A stretch of 64,000 nucleotides of DNA from an uncultured Bacteroidia bacterium. Lineage in GTDB: Bacteria > CAIWAD01 > BS150m-G50. The stretch lies in contig CAZFEC010000008.1 in the NCBI GenBank assembly GCA_964517435.1, positions 10 to 64,009 on the forward strand, read 5' to 3'. Position 1 is the stretch's first letter. Each line of letters opens with the position of its first letter. Of the stretch, positions 1 to 9,682 are shown in pieces. Below the pieces are notes generated by a model that ran no database searches, had not been told where the DNA came from, and worked only from the letters and a program-made list of their open reading frames with translations. A program made the translations under genes and the position numbers.

Positions 1-1
1 A

Positions 2-1246
2 TCTGTCGGGTTAAACGAAATTCTTTTCAAGAATGAGTATAATATCCGGGATAATGATGAACTGCCGGAACGGGGTGATGTCTGGCACGATCCCGCTCTG
101 GAAGGCCAGCGTCCTCTGCTCGAAGGGACTGAAACCATTGGAACCATGCTCCAGCACGCCGGATACAGAACTGCCTGCGTAGGCAAGTGGGGACTGGGCG
201 GTCCCGAATCGTCGGGCCATCCTAACCGGCAGGGTTTTGACCTTTTCTACGGATATCTGTGTCAACGAGTAGCCCACAACTACTACCCCAGCTATCTGTG
301 GAAAAACCAGGAGATGGATTTGCTGGACAATGAGCCTTTCTCTCCTCATCAGAGATTTCCCGCAGACGCGGACCCGAATGATCCCTCGGTTTATTCTCCA
401 TATTCCGGCAATGATTACGCACCTGACCGCATGATTGAAGAAATCCTCGGCTTTATTCAAGCCAATCAAGCGGGACCATTCTTTCTTTACTTCGCCTCGC
501 CGGTACCGCACGTCGCTCTGCAGGTGCCGGAGGATGCCCTTCGAGAATACCTGGGTGAGTTTGATGAAGCGCCCTACCTGGGCAATAAAGGCTACCTGCC
601 GCATCAACATCCCAGATCAGCCTATGCAGCAATGATTTCGCGGTTGGACAAAGACGTCGGACGCATACTCTCCCAGCTGGATGAACTGGGGCTGGCTGAC
701 AACACCCTGGTTATCTTCTCCAGCGACAATGGCGCCACCTTCACCGGCGGTATGGACCGTGAGTTCTTCCAGAGCAATGCGCCCCTGCGGGGTGGTAAGT
801 GCGAGGTCTTTGAAGGTGGCATCCGAGTACCCATGATCGCCCGGTGGCCGGGAGTAATCCAGCCCGGATCGACGTCGAGTCACATCTCCGCTATCTGGGA
901 CATCATGCCGACTCTGGCTGAAGTATCCACGGGCAGCTGTCCGGAAGATGTTGACGGTATCAGTATTCTGCCAGCCTTGAGGGGAGATCCGATGCCTGAC
1001 GAACACGATCATCTCTACTGGGAGTACTTCGGTCGTCCGGCTCAGGCGGTGCGCATGGGCAAATGGAAAGGTATACGGCGCTACGACCAGCTGATGATTC
1101 CGCAGCCCATTGAACTATATAATCTGGATGAAGATCTTGGCGAGACGATGAATGTTGCAATCCATAATCCCGAAGTGGTGAAGGAAATTCGTCAGGTTAT
1201 GGATTCCAGATCGCCCTCCTTCCACCCGGATTGGAATTTTGAATGA
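2..1246 (+). CDS. Sulfatase (arylsulfatase family), 5'-truncated at window edge
   Basis: Open frame from nt 2 with no stop. Translation contains sulfatase-family segments (CVGKWGLGG, DNGATFTGG, C-terminal region); the N-terminal formylglycine motif lies upstream of the window. Confidence 0.8.
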   Translation, partial: SVGLNEILFKNEYNIRDNDELPERGDVWHDPALEGQRPLLEGTETIGTMLQHAGYRTACVGKWGLGGPESSGHPNRQGFDLFYGYLCQRVAHNYYPSYLWKNQEMDLLDNEPFSPHQRFPADADPNDPSVYSPYSGNDYAPDRMIEEILGFIQANQAGPFFLYFASPVPHVALQVPEDALREYLGEFDEAPYLGNKGYLPHQHPRSAYAAMISRLDKDVGRILSQLDELGLADNTLVIFSSDNGATFTGGMDREFFQSNAPLRGGKCEVFEGGIRVPMIARWPGVIQPGSTSSHISAIWDIMPTLAEVSTGSCPEDVDGISILPALRGDPMPDEHDHLYWEYFGRPAQAVRMGKWKGIRRYDQLMIPQPIELYNLDEDLGETMNVAIHNPEVVKEIRQVMDSRSPSFHPDWNFE

Positions 1247-1306
1247 AGGGATTTACACGGTTATCGAAGCGATCGCGAAGCTGTGTCAGCCCGGTACGCT
1301 CTTTAT

Positions 1307-2788
1307 CTACTGAACCGCGGAAATCCGCAGCGTCCAGGCGTGGTCGGCCGGCGGCGCTTGCCTGACGGCCGCCGGAATCCGTGCGCTGAAGCCGTCGCTA
1401 TCCCCCTGCCAGATGAGATCACCCTCGCTACCGAGCAGTGAGACTGTGGCGTTGTCAGTGGGAAACACCCCGTTCACCCGCACGCTGGCAGGCAGCACGC
1501 TTTCTCCCTCTCCGGCCAGATAGATCGCGTAGACCGATCCGTCCGCCACCTTTTGCGTCAGGCAGATGTTATCGGCTTTATACGGTGCAATCGCTCTGGT
1601 TGCGTAGATCGCCTCGGAGTTTACATCCATCCATGCCCCCACACCGGACAGAAGCGTATAAGCCTCCTTGTGCCAGGTGCCGTCCGGACCGGGGGCGATG
1701 TTCAGCAGCAGGTTCCCCCCTTTGGCCACGATGTCCACCAGCAGGTGCACCGTCTCATGCACGCTCTTGTAGCGCGCGTTCGGTACCCAGGACCAGCCGC
1801 CGCCGGCGATGATGCAGGATTCCCAGGGATAGGGGAGTTCCTTTTCCGGCACCCGGTTTTCAGGTGTGAGGTAGTTCTGGTTCTTGCCGTAGACCGCGCG
1901 ATCCACCACGATCAAACCGGGCTGCTTCCGCCGTGCCTTGACCACCAGATCATCCATACGGATGTCCTGGTTGATGAAGTGATGTTTGAGATATCCCAGC
2001 GGCACCTCTTCGAGCCGATCCAGATACCACTTCCTGATCCGCTCCGGATCGGCTTTCTCAACCCAGCCGCCATCGAGCCAGAGGATGTCCATCGGGCCAT
2101 AGTCGCTCAACAGCTCCATGATCTGGTTGTGGGTGAACTGGATATATTTATCCCAGCGCTCCGGATAGAGTTCCGGATCGTAGTTGACATTGCGGTCCCG
2201 GGGCGGATAGTAGGGATACCAGTAGTTCTCGCAGTGCCAGTCCGGCTTCGAGAAATAGGCGCCGGTCCACATCCCCTCCGCGCGGAAAGCGTCGAAAATG
2301 GCTTTAGCGATATTGGCCCGGGGATGGCTGTGGAAGGCACAACCGGGATCGGTGACCTTGTAGTCGGTTTCCCGGGTGTCAAACATGCAGAAGCCGTCGT
2401 GATGCTTGGTGGTGAACACCACGTAACGCATACCGGCTCCGGCGGCGGCTTCAGCCCAGCGGACGGGATCGAACTCCACCGGATTGAAAGTCTCCTTCAA
2501 CGCCTCGTACTCCCGCTTGTAGGCGAAGTAGTCCTGGGGATTGCTCCCGGCGCGGCGTTCACACCAGCCGTAGTCCTCGGGACAGAGTGACCAGGATTCC
2601 ACGATGCCCCACTGGCTGTAGGCGCCCCAGTGCATCAACAGACCGAACTTGAGATCCTGCCAGCACTCCAGTTTCTCCAGTACGAGCGGATCGGTTTCCG
2701 GCACATAGCGGCTCAGATCCTCCGCTTCGGCAAGCATGATGTTTCCCATAAGTGCAATAATCCCCAGTAACAGAACGGTTGACCTCAT
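1307..2788 (-). CDS. Alpha-L-fucosidase, GH29 family, secreted
   Basis: 493 aa with a signal peptide. GH29 hallmarks: FGLLMHWGAYSQ, RYVVFTTKHHDGFCMFDT, WLDGGW. Confidence 0.85.
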   Translation of the reverse strand: MRSTVLLLGIIALMGNIMLAEAEDLSRYVPETDPLVLEKLECWQDLKFGLLMHWGAYSQWGIVESWSLCPEDYGWCERRAGSNPQDYFAYKREYEALKETFNPVEFDPVRWAEAAAGAGMRYVVFTTKHHDGFCMFDTRETDYKVTDPGCAFHSHPRANIAKAIFDAFRAEGMWTGAYFSKPDWHCENYWYPYYPPRDRNVNYDPELYPERWDKYIQFTHNQIMELLSDYGPMDILWLDGGWVEKADPERIRKWYLDRLEEVPLGYLKHHFINQDIRMDDLVVKARRKQPGLIVVDRAVYGKNQNYLTPENRVPEKELPYPWESCIIAGGGWSWVPNARYKSVHETVHLLVDIVAKGGNLLLNIAPGPDGTWHKEAYTLLSGVGAWMDVNSEAIYATRAIAPYKADNICLTQKVADGSVYAIYLAGEGESVLPASVRVNGVFPTDNATVSLLGSEGDLIWQGDSDGFSARIPAAVRQAPPADHAWTLRISAVQ

Positions 2789-2820
2789 CGTAGGAGTCTC
2801 CTTCTCAGTCGGTACCTTTG

Positions 2821-5091
2821 CTATTTAAAGACCATCACTTCATCGCAGAAAATCCAGGCGTCGCCGCCCGCGCCATGGTGCCAGGCGGGGCACCACTTGA
2901 TGCTCGTGGCCTCCAGGCGCACATAACGGACCGGGTGTGCCGGGAAACTGCACTCGAACCGTTCGAAGAAGGGATCAGCACGTTTGGCTGGATTGCGTGG
3001 TAACAGAGTAGCCTCCGCTTCCCAGGTTTGACCATCCAGGGATGTGAACCAGCGAACCTCTGTCGGCAACCAGACCCAGGAGGCTACCACCTGCAGGAAG
3101 TCGGCCGCCAGGTGGCTGACCGGGCGTACCTCCTCCAGGTCGACCGTCAAGGCCATATCGACCGCCTCCCAGCCGAGCCAGCTGTACCAGTAATCGTTGA
3201 TTCCCTTGATCCCGTCGACCAGGGTGGCGGTGCCGTTGGCGGGATACTTGGGATTGAACGGCTCCGCCAGCTGCACCGGCTTGTCCAAAGCCAGATGGTA
3301 GGCCATGCCGTCGGTGAAGAACCTCAGCATGTCCTCTCGGTAGGCTGTGGGTGAGTAACTGCGCTCGCTGATGGCGGTGTATCCACCGGCGTTGCAGGCG
3401 GCTGTGAATTCCTCCAACCGTTCTTGCCACTCGTCCCGCACTTGCCAACCTCCGGTGGGAGCCGCTTCAAACAAACCGGACTCGCCGGCGCCGAAACGCT
3501 TGGCCTGTTCCAGTCGGGCATAGGTGACCGGCTGACTGACCTCACGCACTCGCGCCAGCAGCTCCGGTTGCCCCTCCACCGCCCGCTCCGCCGCCGCGAG
3601 TATCTCCTGTGCGGCGAGCAGCGTCTCCGGCTTCAGCCAGTCGTCGGCCGCGAGCGCCGGGTTGCCGTAAATCCCGAGACCAGCACCAGAGACCAGCAGG
3701 CTTGACTGCCGCAGGTCGAAGTAGCTGCGCAGCTGCCCGGCAGCCTCTCCGTAGCGACCGCGGAGGAAATCGTCGATCAGGGCTTCTACGTCACAGTCGG
3801 GATCCCACAGCAGATTGGCGATGACGTATTGCTTCAGTTCGGAGAGATCGCTCTTCGCGTTGCCGCTGCCCTGTTGGAACATGAGCTGGACATCGTGATC
3901 GCGAAAGAGCTGGATGTTGGGCTGCAGCACATGGAAGTTCGGGAAAGGAGAGACGTAATGCGTGAACTGTACCACATAGTCCCAGATCATCAGGTTGTCG
4001 GTCAGCGCCGACCACTGTTCGATGTCCCGGAGGAAGTCGGCGTTGCGCTCGCCCGCGGCCAGCGTCTGCGCGCGGTCGCACTCGATGCTGCAGAGACAGA
4101 TGTTGACGTTCGGGGCGGGTTTCAGGTCCCGCGGTGCGTGGCGGGTGTAGGAGTAGGCCAGGGTGGAGATGGTATGGTCGGGAAACTCCGCCGCCAACCG
4201 GTTTACGAACTTGATCAGCGGTCCCGCCTGGCTGCCATGCCTATCGACCAGCGCCTGGCAGTCGGCGCACTGACAGGCACCGTGGCAGTCGTTCTGGGAC
4301 ACCGACCAGCAGCGCGCCTCCGGGCGCTTGGCCATTCGATCGCGTAGTCCCACGACCACGATCTGAAAGACATCCTCGTTCGTCAAACAGAGCTGCAGGT
4401 TGGGCAGCCGCTGTCCTTTAATCTCGGAGAAGTACTCCGGATGCTCATCAAAGTACTCTTCCGGCGGCACGAGAGCGAAAAAGGTATGCACGAACATGCC
4501 CCAGAAATCCTCGCGATGGGCGCGGGAATGCACGCCGTGCCAGTCGCACCAGGCCTGGTCCTCCGCGCCCGGTAGATGCACCCAGCGTACCGGAAAGGCG
4601 GGGCGCCGTCTTTCGCTGAGTCGGGGCAGGGCGAAGGGGCGTTTTTCCGGTATGAAGGTCGACCCCGGCACATAGCTGCGCAGGCCCAGCTGCTCCTCCA
4701 GGAAGGCATAGATGCCGTAAAGGGTGCCGAGTTCCGGACCGCCGATGAGCAGCCGGTTGGCACTGGTGCTTTCCCAGAGAAAGGCGCCGGACGGGAGGTC
4801 CGGATCGAGGGCGGCCGCTTCCTCACCCCAGCCGACCACGATCTCAACACCGGAGCAATGCACTCCTTCCGTGCCGACTGGTAGTTCGACGCCGGTTGCC
4901 GCCGCCAGGTAGCGCTGCAGCTCCTCCGCGGCGTGGCGGGTCAGCGAATTATTTACCGCCAGCAGGATGCGACCGTCACCATGCCCCTCTGCTATCCATG
5001 GCGATTTAGGTATGGCGCTGCATCCTGACAACAGCAGCGCACCTGAAATAGTGAAGAGCAGGATCACAACAGGTTTTCGCGAGAGTTTCAT
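2821..5091 (-). CDS. DUF4838-family putative glycoside hydrolase lipoprotein with C-terminal discoidin-like (F5/8 type C) domain
   Basis: Lipobox LLSGC after the signal peptide. Central region resembles DUF4838 (HTFFALVPPEEYFDEHPEYF). C-terminal ~150 aa resemble a discoidin domain. Its ATG overlaps the stop of the upstream GH29 gene (TAATG). Confidence 0.6.
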   Translation of the reverse strand: MKLSRKPVVILLFTISGALLLSGCSAIPKSPWIAEGHGDGRILLAVNNSLTRHAAEELQRYLAAATGVELPVGTEGVHCSGVEIVVGWGEEAAALDPDLPSGAFLWESTSANRLLIGGPELGTLYGIYAFLEEQLGLRSYVPGSTFIPEKRPFALPRLSERRRPAFPVRWVHLPGAEDQAWCDWHGVHSRAHREDFWGMFVHTFFALVPPEEYFDEHPEYFSEIKGQRLPNLQLCLTNEDVFQIVVVGLRDRMAKRPEARCWSVSQNDCHGACQCADCQALVDRHGSQAGPLIKFVNRLAAEFPDHTISTLAYSYTRHAPRDLKPAPNVNICLCSIECDRAQTLAAGERNADFLRDIEQWSALTDNLMIWDYVVQFTHYVSPFPNFHVLQPNIQLFRDHDVQLMFQQGSGNAKSDLSELKQYVIANLLWDPDCDVEALIDDFLRGRYGEAAGQLRSYFDLRQSSLLVSGAGLGIYGNPALAADDWLKPETLLAAQEILAAAERAVEGQPELLARVREVSQPVTYARLEQAKRFGAGESGLFEAAPTGGWQVRDEWQERLEEFTAACNAGGYTAISERSYSPTAYREDMLRFFTDGMAYHLALDKPVQLAEPFNPKYPANGTATLVDGIKGINDYWYSWLGWEAVDMALTVDLEEVRPVSHLAADFLQVVASWVWLPTEVRWFTSLDGQTWEAEATLLPRNPAKRADPFFERFECSFPAHPVRYVRLEATSIKWCPAWHHGAGGDAWIFCDEVMVFK

Positions 5092-6422
5092 TATTCCTCT
5101 TCCTCCGACGGGTGTTTTTTACCCCTGTAGTACTTCACAGGCCCGTCCAACTCTATGGCCAGGACCGTAACTTCACTATCCAGTGACTTCTCCGGCAAGT
5201 CAATGTAGATAATTCCCGGGACATCGCTCCAGGACAGCTTCATTTTGATATCCCAGCTCAGGCTGTCCACTCCGCCGACAACCCGGATGTTCTCCACACT
5301 GTTCACTATCCCTTTGAGCGCCAGCGGTCCGATGGGTTTGTGCGTGACATACAGGTAGAGGGTGCTGTGATCCGGTGACAGGGCTGTGGGGCCATAGTAG
5401 TGACCGGGCGGCAGACCCGCCTGTGTGCCGTAGATAGCTTCGGCGTGCTTACCGGTCCAGCGTCCCAGTTCTTCCAGGATCTGCACCTGCTCCTCGCAGA
5501 TGGTGCCATCCGCCCGGGGGCCGATATCCAGCAGCAGGTTACCACCCATGCTGATGCAGTCCACCAGAATCCTGATAATCTGGTTGGTGGACTTGTAATT
5601 GCGGTCATCGGGCTGATAACCCCAGGAGTCGTTCATAGTCAGGCAGAGTTCCCAGTATGGATCCCGCGGTGGCGTGATGGGAACACCCTGTTCAGGCGTG
5701 GAATAGTCACCATAACCCTGCAGACGCGAATTGATCACAAGGTTGGGATTGTCCCGCAGCAGCATACTCCTGATTTCCGTGGCCCGCCAGCGCTCAGCTG
5801 ACTGCTCCCAGTCACCGTCAAACCAGAGGAGGTCAGGTTGAAAGAGCCGGGAAAGTTCCTGGATCTGAGCGTGGTTCGAACGGTTGAAGGACTCCCAGCG
5901 CTCGGGATCATCCTCGTAGCGCTTCTCGGTGCGGGTGTGATTTGGATAGTCGGGATCGGACCAGTCGATAAGCGAATAGTACAGACCTACTTTCAGCTCC
6001 GCGCTGCGGAGAGCTTCGACAAAGGGGTGAAGGAGGTCACGTCCCGCTGGAGTTCTGCTGACTACATTCAGATCGGTCGCTTCACTGTGCCACAATGCCA
6101 CACCGTCATGGTGCTTTGATGTAAGCACGGCGTAGCGCGCGCCGCTGTTTAGTATCAGATGGGCCCACTGCTGCGGATCGTAGCGCGCAGCGGTGAATCC
6201 GTCCAGTTGCTTCATGTAATCCGCGTGGGAAATGTGCCCGTTGTAAAAGGACCAGGACTCACCGATGCCTTCCACAGCGTAAATCCCCCAATGGATGAAG
6301 ATGCCCAGCTTGGCTTCGCGGAACCAGCGCAACCGCTCGGTTTCCGCCGAGCGCTCTTCCGGTGCGGCTATGGCGCCGGCTGCGAGGGCGCCGCCCAGGA
6401 GCAGGAGTGTGAGAATTTTCAA
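5091..6422 (-). CDS. Alpha-L-fucosidase, GH29 family (second copy)
   Basis: GH29 motifs (LGIFIHWGIY, RYAVLTSKHHDGVALWHS). I place the start at TTG 6422, which has GAGGG five nt upstream and gives signal peptide MKILTLLLLGGALAAGA. The ORF-track start at 6470 lacks a Shine-Dalgarno sequence. Confidence 0.8.
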   Translation of the reverse strand: MKILTLLLLGGALAAGAIAAPEERSAETERLRWFREAKLGIFIHWGIYAVEGIGESWSFYNGHISHADYMKQLDGFTAARYDPQQWAHLILNSGARYAVLTSKHHDGVALWHSEATDLNVVSRTPAGRDLLHPFVEALRSAELKVGLYYSLIDWSDPDYPNHTRTEKRYEDDPERWESFNRSNHAQIQELSRLFQPDLLWFDGDWEQSAERWRATEIRSMLLRDNPNLVINSRLQGYGDYSTPEQGVPITPPRDPYWELCLTMNDSWGYQPDDRNYKSTNQIIRILVDCISMGGNLLLDIGPRADGTICEEQVQILEELGRWTGKHAEAIYGTQAGLPPGHYYGPTALSPDHSTLYLYVTHKPIGPLALKGIVNSVENIRVVGGVDSLSWDIKMKLSWSDVPGIIYIDLPEKSLDSEVTVLAIELDGPVKYYRGKKHPSEEEE

Positions 6423-6903
6423 GGTGACCCTCTGGAGTTTGATGTTGCCTGTTACAGCGAAAGCGAGCAATTGGTGTAGACAAAAAATCAGCTGATTTTT
6501 TACTTTATATTATAGAATAACGCACACTGGCGTAATCCTGAAGTTGAATTTATGCGTTCCGTTCTGTGTACACAGCTTAGAAACCCAGCGGAGATCTTTC
6601 GTGAAATCAGCACGTTTTATTGCGACTCTGATTTGTGTCTTCCATTAGTCACATCCTTGAGTGATACTGCTCAGGCAACCCCGAACGTGGCTGGAATTGA
6701 AAGTTCTGGAAGTCAATCCTGTAGACAGGTTGAGAATCCGGAGCCGTTCCGCAATTATCCGCAGATGCCCGGATGGCCCAATTACATGGGGTTGTCAACT
6801 TTCTTCCCCATGGAAGAATCCCTCCTGTTCGACATCGCCGCCGCCACTGTTTCCTATCAGCTGCCGAAGTTGCTGTTCATCACATAATTGAAAGTCGCGC
6901 GCC

Positions 6904-7491
6904 ATGGTAAAAATGAAAACAGGCTGGAAACTACCGCCGCTGGCTCTGCCGGTGGCCCTCCTGGGAGCGACTGTTTCCGGCAGGCCGAATTTCTTTACTA
7001 TCGTGTGGTTCAACATGCTCCAGGATGACCCGCCACTCATCGGCGCGAGCATGAGCCGGAACCGCTACACCAAACAGGGCATCAAGGAGCATAAAACCTT
7101 CAGCCTCAACATTCCCTCCTCACCCCTGGCCGAGATCGTGGATTACTGCGGGTTGTACTCAGGCGCGCAAGTGGATAAAGCGCCGCTGTTCGATGTTTTC
7201 TACGGCGAACTCGAGACTGCGCCGATGGTGACGGAATGCGCGTTGAACATCGAGTGCAGGCTGGTTGAGGCGAGGGCCTTCAAGACCACGGAGCTGATCA
7301 TAGGTGAGATCGTCGAGGTCTACTGCGAGGAGAAGTATCTCACCGGCGGGAAGCCGGATTTCGAGAAGATGGACCCGATGATATTTTTCATGCCGGAGGG
7401 GCCTTATTTCAAGGGGGGCGAATTTCTGGCGCAGGCTTACGAGGCGGGCCGGAACTATCGCAGACGTGATACACAGCACCCGGCGGAGTGA
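6904..7491 (+). CDS. Flavin reductase-like domain protein (FMN-binding split barrel)
   Basis: 195 aa; RPNFFTIVWFNM...PPLIGASM resembles the flavin reductase domain family. Confidence 0.65.
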   Translation: MVKMKTGWKLPPLALPVALLGATVSGRPNFFTIVWFNMLQDDPPLIGASMSRNRYTKQGIKEHKTFSLNIPSSPLAEIVDYCGLYSGAQVDKAPLFDVFYGELETAPMVTECALNIECRLVEARAFKTTELIIGEIVEVYCEEKYLTGGKPDFEKMDPMIFFMPEGPYFKGGEFLAQAYEAGRNYRRRDTQHPAE

Positions 7492-7529
7492 CGGCGCGAA
7501 CGGCCGGTGCGGCAAGAGGAAGTGAAATT

Positions 7530-8570
7530 ATGCGGTATCTGAATGCGCTGGGTGTATTGACTCTGGTGATCGTCTTCAGTCTGGTTCTCCAGGCCGGGTC
7601 CGGGAAGGCTGCGGCACCGGAGGACCAGACGGGGATACGCCTGGCGGACCGGATCCGTATCGCGGAAGCGTACCGGATCGCTGAGCAGCTGCGGGAGGAA
7701 CTCTGGACCGGCTGGAGTGAAGTGCCTTTCGTCGTCCTGCTGGTCACACCGGAGCGGGAATTTCTCCTGCATCATCCCCATCCCTCCGACGACTTTATCC
7801 CGGCCGGCTACGACTCGTTGCTCGAATGCGAGGTGCTGACGCGTGAACGGATCTTCGGTCTCAACTTCCTGGCCACCTTTCCCGCCGTGGGTGGCGTGCC
7901 GACCGTAGTGATGGGGCTGCCGGAGAACACGGGAAAAACATCGACGGCCTGGACCGTTACGCTGCTCCACGAGCATTTCCACCAGCTCCAGAACTCACGG
8001 TCCGGGTACTACGCCGCCGTGGACTCACTGGAGCTGTCCGGCGGTGACCGGACCGGGATGTGGATGCTCAACTACCCTTTTCCCTACACTTCGGCCCGGC
8101 TCGGAGAACAGTACGCTCAGATGTGCACCCGGTTACTTCAGGCGCTCCAATCCCTGGATACGCATGACTGCGCCGAGCGGGTCACCGCCTACCTCCAGGC
8201 ACGCAAGACACTCACCGGCGCCCTGGATCCCGCGGACTACCGATACTTCTCCTTCCAGACCTGGCAGGAGGGAGTGGCACGCTACACTGAGTACCGGATG
8301 GCAAAGCTGGCCGCGGAAAAGTATATGCCCACGGCGGATTTCCAGGCACTGGCTGACTATACCACCTTGCAGTCCTGCGCTCAGAGCATTCTGGAGGGCA
8401 CCCTGACGGAATTGGAACAGCTGTCACTCGCGGATTACGGCCGCGTTGCCTTTTACCCGGTGGGCGCCGGCGAGGGGCTGTTGCTGGACCAGGTGAGCCC
8501 GGGCTGGCGGGGGCATTACTTCACGGAGTGGTTCGACCTGGAGATTCTGTTCCGGCCCCGGGGAGAGTAG
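7530..8570 (+). CDS. Secreted hypothetical protein with HExxH motif (putative zinc metallopeptidase)
   Basis: Start moved to ATG 7530 (GGAAG Shine-Dalgarno; signal peptide MRYLNALGVLTLVIVFSL). Contains HEHFH; no further family assignment. Confidence 0.4.
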   Translation: MRYLNALGVLTLVIVFSLVLQAGSGKAAAPEDQTGIRLADRIRIAEAYRIAEQLREELWTGWSEVPFVVLLVTPEREFLLHHPHPSDDFIPAGYDSLLECEVLTRERIFGLNFLATFPAVGGVPTVVMGLPENTGKTSTAWTVTLLHEHFHQLQNSRSGYYAAVDSLELSGGDRTGMWMLNYPFPYTSARLGEQYAQMCTRLLQALQSLDTHDCAERVTAYLQARKTLTGALDPADYRYFSFQTWQEGVARYTEYRMAKLAAEKYMPTADFQALADYTTLQSCAQSILEGTLTELEQLSLADYGRVAFYPVGAGEGLLLDQVSPGWRGHYFTEWFDLEILFRPRGE

Positions 8571-8665
8571 CCGGGGGGTGGATTGAAAGTAAAGGAAGCG
8601 CCTGAACCACGACGAGTACAGCCCTGTTTGAAGATTCGGAATCTGGAGGACTTAATCGCGTTCTT

Positions 8666-9481
8666 ATGATTCTACTCCCTAAACTCGCTCTCCTGATTCT
8701 GCTTACCGGTCTGATCGTCTCAGCAGTGCGCTTCCTCATCGTACCCGCTATCGACCGGATCTCTCTGGCACTGCGCTTCGGCAGCAAAACCAGAGGGCAG
8801 ATCCTCGGTTATGTGACCAGCCTGCCGGAACTGGTTATAGTCGTCTCCAGTGCCGCCGCCGGTGTTTTCGCCGCCGGTTTCTGGAACATCGCCTCCTCGA
8901 ACATCATCAACATAGTGCTCTTCCTCGGCGCGGTTGTTATCTTTCGGCAAAGCCGGGATCTGCAGAGGACCGCCTTTATCGACGAAATCTCATTCGGCCT
9001 GTTCTCGGTGATCCTGCCGCTGGCGTTGTACGCGCTGAATGTTCAGGGTTCGGTATTCACGGCCGCGAGCCTGTTGGTTGTATTCGTTGTCTACAAGATG
9101 CTGGATCGCCGCTTGAACCGGAGGACGGTTGAGACGACGACCTCCGGTCCAGTTTCGGTGAAACTGTTCCCCGCGCTGTTGAGCCTGGTGAGCGGAGTCA
9201 TCCTCATCGTGACGGCCGGCTGGTTTCTGGGCGTAGTAGCCGCGGAGCTGGTCGTCGAACTGGGCGTATCGGCCTGGGCGATCGGCTGGATCCTCGGCTT
9301 CACCAGCTCACTGCCGGAGCTGAGTGGCTTCTTCGTGATCTTCCTGAAGTACAAAAGAGCCGGCACCCTCGCCGGGATCGATGATACCCAGGAGGCGTTG
9401 GATACGCTGGTGGCGTCGAATATGTGCAATCTGGGGGTGATCCTGCCGGTTGGGGTGATGGTGGTTTCACTTCTGAGATGA
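8666..9481 (+). CDS. CaCA-family cation/Ca2+ antiporter membrane protein (YrbG-like)
   Basis: Polytopic membrane protein with two alpha-repeat signatures (GxxxTSLPELVI and SSLPELSGFFVIF). Confidence 0.7.
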   Translation: MILLPKLALLILLTGLIVSAVRFLIVPAIDRISLALRFGSKTRGQILGYVTSLPELVIVVSSAAAGVFAAGFWNIASSNIINIVLFLGAVVIFRQSRDLQRTAFIDEISFGLFSVILPLALYALNVQGSVFTAASLLVVFVVYKMLDRRLNRRTVETTTSGPVSVKLFPALLSLVSGVILIVTAGWFLGVVAAELVVELGVSAWAIGWILGFTSSLPELSGFFVIFLKYKRAGTLAGIDDTQEALDTLVASNMCNLGVILPVGVMVVSLLR

Positions 9482-9497
9482 TGATGGGGAAGATATA

Positions 9498-9667
9498 GGC
9501 TCGGTACTCGGGTATTCGATTGAGTAATCGTGGAAACTTGTTGTGACGTTCATTCGCCTTTTGCAGAACCGGTATAACGGGGATGCAAAAGATCGGCCTC
9601 GGTATCGGGTATTGAGATTGAAATCGATCCCGATTCCGATCCCGATATCCGATTGATATTCGATCTC
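9498..9667. repeat. Intergenic repeat block: two direct copies of GGC(C)TCGGTA(C)TCGGGTATT(C)GA(T)TGAG plus (CGATNC)n hexamer tract
   Basis: Copy 1 at 9498..9524 and copy 2 at 9595..9620, followed by cgatcccgattccgatcccgatatccgattgatattcgatc. Related to blocks at 22651..22702 and 23053..23067. Confidence 0.6.
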
Positions 9668-9682
9668 TTAAAAGGCTTGTCC

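Noticed and set aside
1553-2590. Long antisense ORFs on the opposite strand of clear genes (e.g. 1553..2590, 9668..10618, 31297..32679, 41590..42411, 49165..50310, 50454..51998, 58191..59552)
   Set aside because: They are a high-GC artefact (stop-codon-poor antisense frames). They have no Shine-Dalgarno sequences and no family resemblance, and they fully overlap well-supported genes.
9551-9569. TTGCA in CTTTTGCAGAAC as a sigma-54 -12 element
   Set aside because: No GG dinucleotide lies at the -24 position (10 nt upstream of GC) in either copy.
9595-9667. CGAT-hexamer repeat tracts as a possible CRISPR array
   Set aside because: The units are 6 nt with no spacer/repeat periodicity of 28-37 nt plus 30-40 nt, and no cas genes are present.
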